Both the position numbers and the translations under genes were made by a program. From the NCBI GenBank assembly GCA_047975325.1, contig JBKEDF010000075.1, positions 14,782-78,781 on the forward strand: DNA of 64,000 nucleotides, read 5' to 3'. Each line of letters opens with the position of its first letter. The stretch's first letter is position 1. Under the pieces are notes generated by a model. The model did no database searches, was not told the DNA's origin, and saw nothing but the letters and a program-made list of their open reading frames with translations. The stretch is from Pseudorhodobacter sp. (GTDB taxonomy: Bacteria; Pseudomonadota; Alphaproteobacteria; Rhodobacterales; Rhodobacteraceae). Of this stretch, positions 8,638 to 18,396 are shown piece after piece.

Positions 8638-10434
8638 TTGCTGAAGCGCTTCTTTCCGGCTGGTCTTGGCATGACGGCGCTGGTTTTGACAACCGCAGTG
8701 CCGGTGCTTGCCGTTGATGAGGTCTCCTTCGACGTGCGTGGCGGTTCGGAAGATCTGACCGATGCGCTGCGTGCTTCTTCAGGCGTGCTTTCCGCGCAGG
8801 CGGAAGGCAATGAAAACCCCCAGGATCTTCTGGCCGCCGCCCGCGCCGAATATGGCCAGCTTCTGGGTACGCTTTATTCGATGGGGCATTATTCCGCCGT
8901 CATCAACGTACAGGTAAATGGCCGGGAAGCCGCCGAAATTCCGGCGTTGAATGTACCCCAGCGAATTGACCGGATCGATATCCGGGTCGATCCGGGCCCG
9001 CGTTTCACCTTTTCGGAAGCCCGGATCAGCCCCTTGGCGCAGGGCACGGAGATCCCCAAGGGATTTGCCCGTGGCCAGACCGCCGAAAGCGGCGTGATCC
9101 GCAAGACTGCCGACGCGGCAATCGAAGGCTGGCGTGAGGCGGGCCATGCCAAGGCGGAGATTTCCTCCCAGGATCTCATTGCCGATCATCGCAATGCCAC
9201 CATGGCAGCCTCTCTGGGCGTTTCTGCCGGTCCGCGATTGCGATTCGCCCCACTCCGGGTCGAAGGTGAGGAACGGATGCGCCCGGAACGGATCGTCAAG
9301 ATTGCGGGCCTGCCGGCGGGGGAAACCTACAGCCCCGAGGAATTGAAAGATGCCGCGAACCGGCTGCGCCGCACCGGTGTTTTTCGTTCCGTCACACTGA
9401 TCGAAGATGACAAGATCACCTCCCCCGACCTGATCGGCATCACCGCCCAGGTCGTTGAGGAAAAGACCCGTCGTTACAGCTATGGCATTGAACTGGCCAG
9501 CAGCGAGGGCGCAAAGATTTCAGGCTACTGGATGCATCGCAACCTTCTGGGCGGCGCCGAACGTCTGCGCATTGAAGGTTCCATTGCACAGATCGGCGCC
9601 AAGGATAGCGGCGCCGATTATTCCGTCGGGGTCTCGATTGACCGGCCGGCCACTCCGACGCGGGACACGACAGCCAATTTCCTTTTCGAAATCGGCCAGA
9701 CGAACGAAGAAGACTATTCCGAAAATTTCGGACGGATCGGGCTGGGCTTTACCCAATACCATTCCGATACGCTCACTCTCCGGGCGGGTCTGGGATATGA
9801 ATATTCGGATGTGAAGGATGCTCTGGGCGATACGTCCTACCATACGGTAAGCCTGCCGCTTGGGTTGACATGGGATCACCGGAATTCCACCTCTGACGCA
9901 ACACAAGGTTATTTCATCGAAGCCGAGGCAAAACCCTTCCTCGGCTTTCGCGGCACGGATTCGGGGCTACGCTTTGCTTCCGACGCCCGCGCCTATTACG
10001 GCTTTGGCGAAGAAGACCGCGTCGTGCTGGCCGGCCGGGTACAACTGGGTGGGATCTTTGGGGCGGATCTGGGTGCAACACCACGGGACTATCTTTTCTA
10101 TTCCGGTGGTGGCGGCACGGTACGCGGGCAGCCTTATCAGTCCCTGAGCGTAAATGTCCTGCCCGGCGGACTGGAAACCGGCGGCAACATGTTTGGCGCG
10201 ATTTCCGCCGAGATCCGCACGAAGATTACCGATTCGATCGGTGCGGTGGGCTTTGTGGATGCAGGTTATGTCGGCGTGCGTGGCTCGGGGGTGAATGACA
10301 CTCATGCGGGGGCCGGGCTCGGACTGCGCTACAATACCGGCTTCGGGCCAATCCGGCTTGATGTCGCCACACCTATTTCAGGCGATACCGGGGATGGCAT
10401 ACAGGTTTATGTGGGTATCGGACAGGCCTTCTGA
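8638..10434 (+). CDS. tamA: autotransporter assembly complex outer-membrane protein TamA (BamA/Omp85 family)
   Basis: Signal peptide, POTRA-like N-terminal region and a C-terminal Omp85 beta-barrel ending in F. It sits directly upstream of, and is translationally coupled to, a DUF490/TamB gene. Confidence 0.85.
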   Translation: MLKRFFPAGLGMTALVLTTAVPVLAVDEVSFDVRGGSEDLTDALRASSGVLSAQAEGNENPQDLLAAARAEYGQLLGTLYSMGHYSAVINVQVNGREAAEIPALNVPQRIDRIDIRVDPGPRFTFSEARISPLAQGTEIPKGFARGQTAESGVIRKTADAAIEGWREAGHAKAEISSQDLIADHRNATMAASLGVSAGPRLRFAPLRVEGEERMRPERIVKIAGLPAGETYSPEELKDAANRLRRTGVFRSVTLIEDDKITSPDLIGITAQVVEEKTRRYSYGIELASSEGAKISGYWMHRNLLGGAERLRIEGSIAQIGAKDSGADYSVGVSIDRPATPTRDTTANFLFEIGQTNEEDYSENFGRIGLGFTQYHSDTLTLRAGLGYEYSDVKDALGDTSYHTVSLPLGLTWDHRNSTSDATQGYFIEAEAKPFLGFRGTDSGLRFASDARAYYGFGEEDRVVLAGRVQLGGIFGADLGATPRDYLFYSGGGGTVRGQPYQSLSVNVLPGGLETGGNMFGAISAEIRTKITDSIGAVGFVDAGYVGVRGSGVNDTHAGAGLGLRYNTGFGPIRLDVATPISGDTGDGIQVYVGIGQAF

Positions 10435-13400
10435 TGATACGCAAGCTCCTCCTTCCCATCGCGATCGTTTTCGGTCTTGGCAGCCCGGTTCAGGCCCAGG
10501 ATGAGGAACGCAACAAATTCACCGCCTTTGTCGAGAACAGCCTTTCCGGCGCGGGCCGTACCGTGACGATATCAGGTTTTCGCGGGGCGCTGTCCTCCCG
10601 GGCCGAGATGGATGAAATGACCATCGCCGATGATGAAGGCGTCTGGATCACGCTGAAGGATCTGGTGCTGGACTGGAACCGCCTTGGCCTGCTGCGCGGA
10701 CGGTTCAATATCAATGAACTGACCGCCTCCGAGATCATCCTGGAACGCACCCCGGTTTCCGCCGAAAGCGACGTACCCGCGGCAGAGGCCGGAGGATTCG
10801 CCCTGCCCGAACTTCCGGTTTCCGTCCGGGTCGGGAAACTGGCGGTGGAACATCTGTCCCTCGGCCCCACAATCCTGGGGGAACCGGTTGCCGCGCAACT
10901 GGAAGCCTCCGCCGAACTTGCCGATGGCGAAGGGGAAGTTTCGCTGAACCTTCAGCGCACTGATCCGGGCAAGGATGGCAGCGTTTCACTGGACGGCGCC
11001 TATGCCAATGAAACCGGCCAGACCCGTATCCACCTTCTGGCGGATGAGGGGACAGAGGGGATCGTGGCACGGCTTCTGGGCCTGCCGGGACAACCCGCGA
11101 TCCGGCTGGAGGTACAGGGCGAGGGCCTTTTATCCGACCTGACCACCGATGTCAGCCTTCAGACCGACGGTGAACCACGCCTTCAGGGCAGTGTGACCCT
11201 GACCCGGCAGGAAGATCAGGCAATGGGTTTCGGCCTTGATCTTACGGGGGATATGGCCCCGCTTTTCCTGCCGCAATATCAGGATTTCTTTGGCCCCGAA
11301 GTTGTATTGCGTGTCGATGGCGAACGCGCGGCCGAAGGCGGGATCTCCCTTTCCGCGCTGGATATCTCCTCCCGTGCGCTGGTGCTGAATGGTTCGGCTG
11401 ATATCGCACAGGATGGCCTGCCCGAACGGATCTCATTGCAGGGGCGGGTTGCGCAACCGGATGGCCGGTCACTGCTTTTGCCGCTTGGAGGCCCCGTGGA
11501 AACCCGGATTACCTCCGCCGATCTGCGGTTCAGCTTCGATGCGACGCAAGGCGATGGCTGGTCAGGCAATGTCACGGTAACGGGGCTGGACCGGGCGGAT
11601 ATCGCGCTTGATGACGTGACCTTGCAGGGAACGGGCCGGATCAGCCGGGCCGGGGGGGCCTCTGTCACCGGCGATCTGACCTTTGCGGCCAATGGCATCC
11701 GGCCAGCGGATACGGCCCTGGCCACTGCCATCGGATCGGATGTAACCGGCGCCACGCGTTTCGGATGGGACCGCGGCGGTACGGGGCTGGAGATCGAAAG
11801 CCTTTCGCTGAATGGTGCCGATTACGGGCTTTCCGCCAGTGGCCGCTTTGGTGAACTCGCAGGCGGTTTCCCGTTTGCAGGCCGTATGGAGGCGCGCCAT
11901 GATGATCTGACCCGCCTCACCCCCATTGCAAAACGTCCGCTCGCCGGTATGGCACAAATCGAGGCAGAAGGCAGCGGTTCGCTTCTTGGCGGTGATTTCG
12001 ACGGCGAATTGCGTGCCCGGACCACCAACCTGAAAACCGGTATTGCCGAGGTCGACAGGCTTTTGACCGGGCAGGCAACAATGGATCTTTCCGCGCGGCG
12101 CGATGAAACAGGTACGATCCTGCGCCGCTTTGATCTGCTGGCCCGGCAATTGACCGCCAGTGCAACCGGGCGGCTCAGTTCCTCCGGCAACGATATCGAA
12201 GGTGATTTTACCTTCTCCGATCTTTCGGTGCTGGGGCCGGGCTATGACGGCGCGCTGCGCGCAACGGCACAATTCGACGGAACGCTGCAGGACGGGCAGC
12301 TTCGGCTTGACGGTGTCGGGCGGGATCTGCGCAGCCCGATACCGGAAACACGGGGCCTTCTGGCGGGGGAAACGACACTCACGGTGGATGTCGCCTTCCG
12401 CGATGGCCGCTATGAGATCGCAACCGCCGAGATCGGCAACGATCAGGTCACGGCAGACGTCAATGGTTTCTATGATCCCGCCGGGAGCGACCTTGCAGCC
12501 CGGCTGGGCCTGCCCGATCTTGCGGTTCTGGGCAGTAAATATCATGGGGCGCTACAGGCCGATCTTGCGGCAAGCGGCACCCTGGAAACCGGGCGGCTGG
12601 AGGCCACGGGTCAGGGTCGCAACCTTGCCATCGGACAGGAATATGCCGACAGGCTGCTGGCCGGGACAAGTGACCTTCGGGCAGAACTGAATCTGCAGGA
12701 TGGCAAGATCCAGATCGAAACCGTCACGCTGGACAATCCGCAGCTTCGTGCCAATGCGACCGGCTCCGTTGCCGATGATCTGCGCCAGGTGACGCTGGAA
12801 GGGCAGTTGAACAACCTCGCACTGATTCTGCCCGAATTTCCCGGTCCGGTCACGGTGAATGGCAGCCTGACCGAAGACAGCAGCGGCTTTGCCCTTGATT
12901 TCGCAGGCAGGGGGCCGGGCGGGATAGATGCGCGGATGAACGGACGGATCGCTCCGGATTTTTCCACTGCCGATCTATCGGTCAACGGGATTTCGCAGGC
13001 GGCGCTGGCCAATCCCTTTCTCGGTTCACGTTCGATCTCGGGGCGGACCCGGTATGACCTGCGTATCAACGGGCCATTGGCGTTGTCATCCCTGTCAGGG
13101 GAAGCGCAGCTTTCCGGCGGACGCTTTTCCGACCCCGCCCTGCCTGTTGCCCTTGAAAACATAGAGGTCCTGGCACAACTTGGCGGCAATACCGCGCGAA
13201 TTGAAGGCTCCCTTTCCCCAACCACCGGCGGGCGTATCCGGGTCAACGGACCGATCGGCCTGACCAGCCCCTTCAGAGCGGATCTGGGCATTGCCCTACA
13301 AGCCGTGCAGTTGCGTGACCCTGAACTTTACCAGACCACGCTGAACGGCAATCTTCAGGTGGCAGGGCCCTTGACCGGCGGGGCGATGATTTCCGGCCAG

Positions 13401-14261
13401 ATCGATGTGGGAGAAACGGAATTGCGCGTGCCTTCCACCGGTTTCGGTGGCGGTGCCGACCTGCCCGGGCTGCGCCATATCAATGAACCCGGCAATGTCC
13501 ATAGCACCCGCCGCCGCGCGGGCCTGCTGACGGAGGAACTCAATACCGCCCGTCAAAGCGGCGCGGCCTTCGGACTGGATGTCGTGATCAGCGCCCCTTC
13601 GCGGATCTTCATCCGTGGACGCGGCCTTGATGCCGAACTTGGCGGGCGGCTGCGCCTGACCGGCAGCACGGCGAATATCATCCCGATCGGACGGTTCGAC
13701 CTTATCCGCGGTCGGTTCGATATTCTTGGCAAGCGGCTTGATCTGAATGAGGCGCAACTGGCCCTTCAGGGCGATCTGATCCCGTATATTCGGGTCATCG
13801 CCTCCAATGAGGGCGATGGGATCACCAGTTCCATCGTGGTGGACGGGCCGGCAACGGAACCCGATATCACCTTTTCCTCCAGCCCCCCCCTGCCGGAGGA
13901 GGAGGTTCTGTCACATCTTCTGTTTGGGCGGGGACTTGACAAGATTTCGGCATTTCAGGCGGCACAGCTCGCCTCGGCGGTGGCCAGGCTTGCCGGGCGC
14001 GGGGGCGAAGGTGTTGTCAGCAAGCTGCGCAAGGGGTTTGGGCTGGATGACCTTGATCTGCAAACCGATGCGGATGGCAATACCTCCCTGCGCGCAGGCA
14101 AATATCTTTCGGAAAACCTTTATACCGAGGTGGAGGTCGGCATACAGGGACGCAGCAAGATCAACCTCAATCTTGATGTCAAACCGGGGGTCACGGTGCG
14201 CGGTTCGGTCGGCGGGGATGGCCAGACCGGGATCGGGATATTTGTCGAAAAGGACTACTGA
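10434..14261 (+). CDS. tamB: translocation and assembly module protein TamB (DUF490)
   Basis: 1275 aa with an N-terminal signal-anchor, a long beta-rich repetitive body and the conserved C-terminal DUF490-type segment (LPEEEVLSHLLFGR...GKYLSENLY). Start overlaps the tamA stop. Confidence 0.85.
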   Translation: MIRKLLLPIAIVFGLGSPVQAQDEERNKFTAFVENSLSGAGRTVTISGFRGALSSRAEMDEMTIADDEGVWITLKDLVLDWNRLGLLRGRFNINELTASEIILERTPVSAESDVPAAEAGGFALPELPVSVRVGKLAVEHLSLGPTILGEPVAAQLEASAELADGEGEVSLNLQRTDPGKDGSVSLDGAYANETGQTRIHLLADEGTEGIVARLLGLPGQPAIRLEVQGEGLLSDLTTDVSLQTDGEPRLQGSVTLTRQEDQAMGFGLDLTGDMAPLFLPQYQDFFGPEVVLRVDGERAAEGGISLSALDISSRALVLNGSADIAQDGLPERISLQGRVAQPDGRSLLLPLGGPVETRITSADLRFSFDATQGDGWSGNVTVTGLDRADIALDDVTLQGTGRISRAGGASVTGDLTFAANGIRPADTALATAIGSDVTGATRFGWDRGGTGLEIESLSLNGADYGLSASGRFGELAGGFPFAGRMEARHDDLTRLTPIAKRPLAGMAQIEAEGSGSLLGGDFDGELRARTTNLKTGIAEVDRLLTGQATMDLSARRDETGTILRRFDLLARQLTASATGRLSSSGNDIEGDFTFSDLSVLGPGYDGALRATAQFDGTLQDGQLRLDGVGRDLRSPIPETRGLLAGETTLTVDVAFRDGRYEIATAEIGNDQVTADVNGFYDPAGSDLAARLGLPDLAVLGSKYHGALQADLAASGTLETGRLEATGQGRNLAIGQEYADRLLAGTSDLRAELNLQDGKIQIETVTLDNPQLRANATGSVADDLRQVTLEGQLNNLALILPEFPGPVTVNGSLTEDSSGFALDFAGRGPGGIDARMNGRIAPDFSTADLSVNGISQAALANPFLGSRSISGRTRYDLRINGPLALSSLSGEAQLSGGRFSDPALPVALENIEVLAQLGGNTARIEGSLSPTTGGRIRVNGPIGLTSPFRADLGIALQAVQLRDPELYQTTLNGNLQVAGPLTGGAMISGQIDVGETELRVPSTGFGGGADLPGLRHINEPGNVHSTRRRAGLLTEELNTARQSGAAFGLDVVISAPSRIFIRGRGLDAELGGRLRLTGSTANIIPIGRFDLIRGRFDILGKRLDLNEAQLALQGDLIPYIRVIASNEGDGITSSIVVDGPATEPDITFSSSPPLPEEEVLSHLLFGRGLDKISAFQAAQLASAVARLAGRGGEGVVSKLRKGFGLDDLDLQTDADGNTSLRAGKYLSENLYTEVEVGIQGRSKINLNLDVKPGVTVRGSVGGDGQTGIGIFVEKDY

Positions 14262-15085
14262 GGCGGTGGGCGGCGTACAGCATTGATTGCGGCACCCAAC
14301 AGAACCGAATAGGCGCTCAGGTAGAACCAGAACATCAACGCGACCACCGCACCGATGGAACCGTAGACCTTGTTATATTCTCCGAAATTCGCAAGATAGA
14401 AAACCAGCCCCCGCGATACCGCCACCCAAAGCAGTACCGCAATGACAAGTCCGGGGCTCAGGATCCGCGGGCGCTTGTGGCCCTTGGGCCAGTTCGGACC
14501 AAGCCGATAGGTCAGGGCGATCCCGATCACAACGAACAACAAGCCCAGCACATAATTGATGCCGATCATCCCGGTTATCCGGGCTTCATCCAGCATCGGC
14601 AGGGCCGCAAGGACAAGCGGTAACACAACCGTCAGTGCCATGGCCGCCAGAACCAACCCGATCAGCGTCACGGTAAGCACCAGCGCCCAGATCACATGGC
14701 GTACACCGCCACGCGCCGGAAAATCATGAAGCGCATTCAACCCGCTGATCAACGCCCCGACCCCGGCCCGCGACGACCAAAGCGCCAGCAATGCGGAAAG
14801 AATGGTAGCGAGGCCCAGGCTCCGCGTATTCGTCGCAAGCAGACGCTGCACCTGCCCATACAGAAGATCATAGGCCCCTGCGGGCAGGAAATCCTCCGCC
14901 AGGTCAAGTTGCGATTGGATTACCGCGGGGTCAAAAGCGAAACCCCAAATGGTAATCGTGGCCGCAATAGCCGGGAAAATCGACAGGAACCCGAAAAAGG
15001 CGACCCCCGCCGAAACCAGACTAAGATCGACCCTGTTAAGCCGCTCCCAATACGCCAGAAGATCTGAGAACACTTTTTGGCCCAT
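14255..15085 (-). CDS. YihY/BrkB (virulence factor BrkB / RNase BN-like) family membrane protein
   Basis: Polytopic membrane protein with typical YihY N-terminal sequence (VSAGVAFFGFLSIFPAIAA) and C-terminal YGSIGAVVALMFWFYLSA. The ATG at 15085 is preferred over the longer track ORF. The 3' end overlaps tamB convergently by 7 nt. Confidence 0.85.
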   Translation of the reverse strand: MGQKVFSDLLAYWERLNRVDLSLVSAGVAFFGFLSIFPAIAATITIWGFAFDPAVIQSQLDLAEDFLPAGAYDLLYGQVQRLLATNTRSLGLATILSALLALWSSRAGVGALISGLNALHDFPARGGVRHVIWALVLTVTLIGLVLAAMALTVVLPLVLAALPMLDEARITGMIGINYVLGLLFVVIGIALTYRLGPNWPKGHKRPRILSPGLVIAVLLWVAVSRGLVFYLANFGEYNKVYGSIGAVVALMFWFYLSAYSVLLGAAINAVRRPPPQ

Positions 15086-15146
15086 TAAACGGAAACGGGA
15101 GCCAACATGTGTTGACCCCCGTTGTCCAGTCAAATCAGAAAAACCG

Positions 15147-15395
15147 TCAGTCGACCGTCGTGGTCGTTGTCGAAGTGGAATCATCGCTATCGCTTGCTAC
15201 AACTGCGACGAGAACAGCGGCGGCCACAGCAACACCGGCAGCGGCGGCCGGCGGGACGGCACCAAGGCCAGCAGCCTGGCCGGTCGGGGCTTCAACAACC
15301 GGCGGTTCCGCATCAGGCGTCACGTCCTGAGCAAGGGAAAGGCCCGACGATGCAACCAAAGCAGAGGCGGCGAGTACAGCAGTGATCCTGTTCAT
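15147..15395 (-). CDS. YjbE/GfcA-like small secreted Ala/Thr-rich protein
   Basis: ATG at 15395 preceded by AGGAGA. Signal peptide MNRITAVLAASALVASSGLSLAQD, an Ala/Gly/Val-rich hydrophobic centre and a C-terminal STSTTTTTVD tail. This layout matches E. coli YjbE as I remember it, and the gene lies next to yjbF and yjbH homologues. Confidence 0.6.
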   Translation of the reverse strand: MNRITAVLAASALVASSGLSLAQDVTPDAEPPVVEAPTGQAAGLGAVPPAAAAGVAVAAAVLVAVVASDSDDSTSTTTTTVD

Positions 15396-15477
15396 TTTAA
15401 TTCTCCTGATGGTCACGAGGATTTCGCCCCCACATAACACGACCAGGTTGCATGGGGAAGCAACAATTATATCAACT

Positions 15478-16143
15478 TTAATCAGTCAGATGCCTGATGG
15501 ACACATATCCCGCACCAGGGGCGATGAACTGGCGCGATTGTCGCAAGGTTCCGCCGATCTGAAACCAGTAATCGTTCCGAAAACCGCCGTCAGGCCCGTT
15601 GCAGACCTCCTGGAAACGGCGGGTGCGGTAGCTGCGTTCGACAAAGGACAACGCCTCATCGCCCAAGGCCCTGACCTGGCAATCATAATAGGTTCGGGTC
15701 ACGCGGTCATTGTCGCCCAGCACCACATGCATGCGCCGGTGGCTGCCCCCATCCGTGGAAACCTGCCGTTGCGATGGCACGGCGGAAGAAATCAGATCGA
15801 CACCCAACCCCCGCGTCGCCGTCACGATCTTCTGGCGCAGCGCAAAAGTCCTGTTATTCACCGAGGACCAGGTTTCAACCCCGTCATTCGTTTCAATCTT
15901 CGCGATAACCGCCTGCGCCCCGGAATTTTCCATCGTGATCAGATCAACGGGTTTGGACAGCGTTGCCAGAAAGGCGCGGGTCAGCCCCAGATCCTTCGCT
16001 GCGGGTTGGCTGTCCTCATTTGCCTTCCCGCCCGGAAGCGCGGACCGGGCCAGGTCGAAGATTTCGGTCTCTTCCTTGTCCGAACCGCAACCGGCCAGCG
16101 CAAGCGCGACGAGGAACGGCCAAACCCAATTCTTGCGCATCAT
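15478..16143 (-). CDS. yjbF: YjbF/GfcB-family lipoprotein (group-4-capsule/exopolysaccharide)
   Basis: Lipobox LALAGCGS and a C-terminal pattern (NDYWFQIGGTLRQSRQFI) typical of YjbF. ATGA overlap with the upstream yjbH-like gene. Confidence 0.7.
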   Translation of the reverse strand: MMRKNWVWPFLVALALAGCGSDKEETEIFDLARSALPGGKANEDSQPAAKDLGLTRAFLATLSKPVDLITMENSGAQAVIAKIETNDGVETWSSVNNRTFALRQKIVTATRGLGVDLISSAVPSQRQVSTDGGSHRRMHVVLGDNDRVTRTYYDCQVRALGDEALSFVERSYRTRRFQEVCNGPDGGFRNDYWFQIGGTLRQSRQFIAPGAGYVSIRHLTD

Positions 16144-18314
16144 TTCCAGAACCTTCCGAATTGCGCATCCAGATTGGGTTTCTGACCATCCCGGATGGTT
16201 TCATAGAGCCTGCCCCCGACATGCAGCCGCGCACCGCCATCCCGCGTGATCGGGCGCAATGTGGTCGAATAGGTGGTCCTTGATTGCGATCCCGTCAGCC
16301 AGCCAAGCGGGATCGTCAGGCGGATCCCCTTGTCAAAGGATCCCTCCCCGAATTCCTCCGAGGATACATCCGTCTTGGTTGCGAAGGCACCGACCCGCCA
16401 GCCATTTGCAAATTCCCGTTCAAGGGACAGGGTGGCGCCGACATCCCCGGCCAGGTAGCGACCGACATCAAGCTGTCCGGTAAAGCCGTGATTGAATTCG
16501 TAATAGGCCGAAACATGGCCGGTCACGACATCGTAGTCCTGAAAACCGAAGCGCTGATTGAAATCGCGCTGGCGGGCGTAGTTGACCTCAACCCCAAGGG
16601 CAAGACGGCTATCGGCGGGTTTCCACAGAACCTCCCCCGAAACACCGCCAAACATCTGTTCCAGATACCCCCCGGAAATCCGTGAATAGATATTGTCGCC
16701 CAGCTTGCCATACCAGGCCAGCGTCAGGCTATCGAGGACAGGTCCGTCATTGCGGTTATACAGGTAACCATCCGTCCGCACATGGGCCAGCCGGGAGTTG
16801 GAAATGCGGTCATATTTATCAAGATTTCCGACGATCTTTTGTGTGATCGCCCCCGACAGAACCCAACCCGGGGCCAGATCATAACTCCCCGAAAGCCGCA
16901 GACCGGCATCGGCGCGCATGGGTGAATCGGGATCGAACAAACTGGGCCGGAGATAGGGCGTCAGCGCCCATGTAAATTTGGGATAAAGCCCGTCATCCCC
17001 AACCATCGGGCTTGGCAGGGGTCCGGCTTCACCAACGATAATCCGTTCCTTCAGTTTTGCCGTCGCATCGGGGTCAAATTCCAGTTGTTCCAGATCCGAA
17101 CGGCGAATGGTGATGGCGGCAGTCGGAACCCCGTTGGCCATCGGAACGATTTCAAACCGTTCGACAGATGCAGGCATGGTCCGGCTCAGCACCCGCGCGG
17201 TGCGGCCGATGGCCTGCGCATCCGTCGTCAGCCTGGTGTTGCGAATACGGATCTGGACCCGATCGGCACTATAACCCATCGCCTCGATGCGGATACCATC
17301 CTGTTCCAGCCGTGTTTCGATATTCTGCCGCAGGATTTCACCGGCATCGGATTGTGCCACCCAATTCCCCGACCAGGCGGCAAGATCGGTCCGCGGCGGA
17401 CGGGGCCGGATCGGTTTGGGGGCGGGTTCGTTGATGGGGCGGGATCGTTTCGGATCCAGCATCAGATGCCCGGCAATGCCGAATTCGGACCCATACATAT
17501 AATAGGCACCGACCCTGAATTGTTCATTCGGCTGGTATTCGACACCAAAATTGAATGAACTCTTGCGATCAAACGTGGCACGGTAGTCCACCTCTTCCGC
17601 ATAGGCATCGGATGAATATTCCGCCTTGAGCGTCCAGGCATCGTCAAACTGCCATTCAAGCCCTGCGAAAGGGGCTGCGGGACCACGGAACCATTGCCCG
17701 AAATTGACCTTGCCACCCCGCCCGATATCGATGGGATCACGATCCCCGAAGGGCGAACCGAAGGAACTGTGGCTGCCAAGCCGCCCCCAGCCGATACCAC
17801 CCGTCACCTTGAGAGTGGGTGTCAGATGTTTCGTTGCCGCAACATATTCACCCGAATAGATCCCTGTTCCCGCCAGATCCTGCAACCCTATCGTCACGGC
17901 CGGTACATATCGGCTTTCCTCGAAGATCTGATAACGCAGATCGAAAGAACGGTCGTAATAGGTGGAATATCCATCCACCCCGGTACAGGCAGGTGCGCAG
18001 GCAAGCCTGTCGTTCCAGTCGCGAGTTGCGGAAAAACGGAAACTGCCCGACAGGCGTGGTGTTATCTGGAAAGACAGCGTATTGCGGCTGATCGGCCCGA
18101 AATGTGAACTGGAAAATGAAATCTGGCCATCGGGCTGCGCCTCCCCCGAAGGCATGTCCATCAACCCGGTGGCGCCATAGAAATTCAGGCTGGGCGCCCC
18201 TTCGGCAAGCGCCATTGTTGCAGTGGAAAGCATATAAACCGCAGCAAGGCCGACCTTGCCAGCGGTCGGCCTTTTCGGGTTGCGCCTGATCTGGGGCGAA
18301 TGTCTGCGCGTCAT
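16140..18314 (-). CDS. yjbH: YjbH/GfcD-family outer-membrane exopolysaccharide protein
   Basis: 724 aa with a signal peptide. The N-terminal LNFYGATGLMDMPSGEAQPDGQISF motif and beta-rich body are typical of YjbH-domain proteins. Confidence 0.8.
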   Translation of the reverse strand: MTRRHSPQIRRNPKRPTAGKVGLAAVYMLSTATMALAEGAPSLNFYGATGLMDMPSGEAQPDGQISFSSSHFGPISRNTLSFQITPRLSGSFRFSATRDWNDRLACAPACTGVDGYSTYYDRSFDLRYQIFEESRYVPAVTIGLQDLAGTGIYSGEYVAATKHLTPTLKVTGGIGWGRLGSHSSFGSPFGDRDPIDIGRGGKVNFGQWFRGPAAPFAGLEWQFDDAWTLKAEYSSDAYAEEVDYRATFDRKSSFNFGVEYQPNEQFRVGAYYMYGSEFGIAGHLMLDPKRSRPINEPAPKPIRPRPPRTDLAAWSGNWVAQSDAGEILRQNIETRLEQDGIRIEAMGYSADRVQIRIRNTRLTTDAQAIGRTARVLSRTMPASVERFEIVPMANGVPTAAITIRRSDLEQLEFDPDATAKLKERIIVGEAGPLPSPMVGDDGLYPKFTWALTPYLRPSLFDPDSPMRADAGLRLSGSYDLAPGWVLSGAITQKIVGNLDKYDRISNSRLAHVRTDGYLYNRNDGPVLDSLTLAWYGKLGDNIYSRISGGYLEQMFGGVSGEVLWKPADSRLALGVEVNYARQRDFNQRFGFQDYDVVTGHVSAYYEFNHGFTGQLDVGRYLAGDVGATLSLEREFANGWRVGAFATKTDVSSEEFGEGSFDKGIRLTIPLGWLTGSQSRTTYSTTLRPITRDGGARLHVGGRLYETIRDGQKPNLDAQFGRFWK

Positions 18315-18396
18315 CTATCCCTCATTTTCGGGAATTTTAGGTTGCCTGTCTCCGGGCGGCAAGCAGGTCGGGCCCATTTCATCCAAAGTGGGCGCA

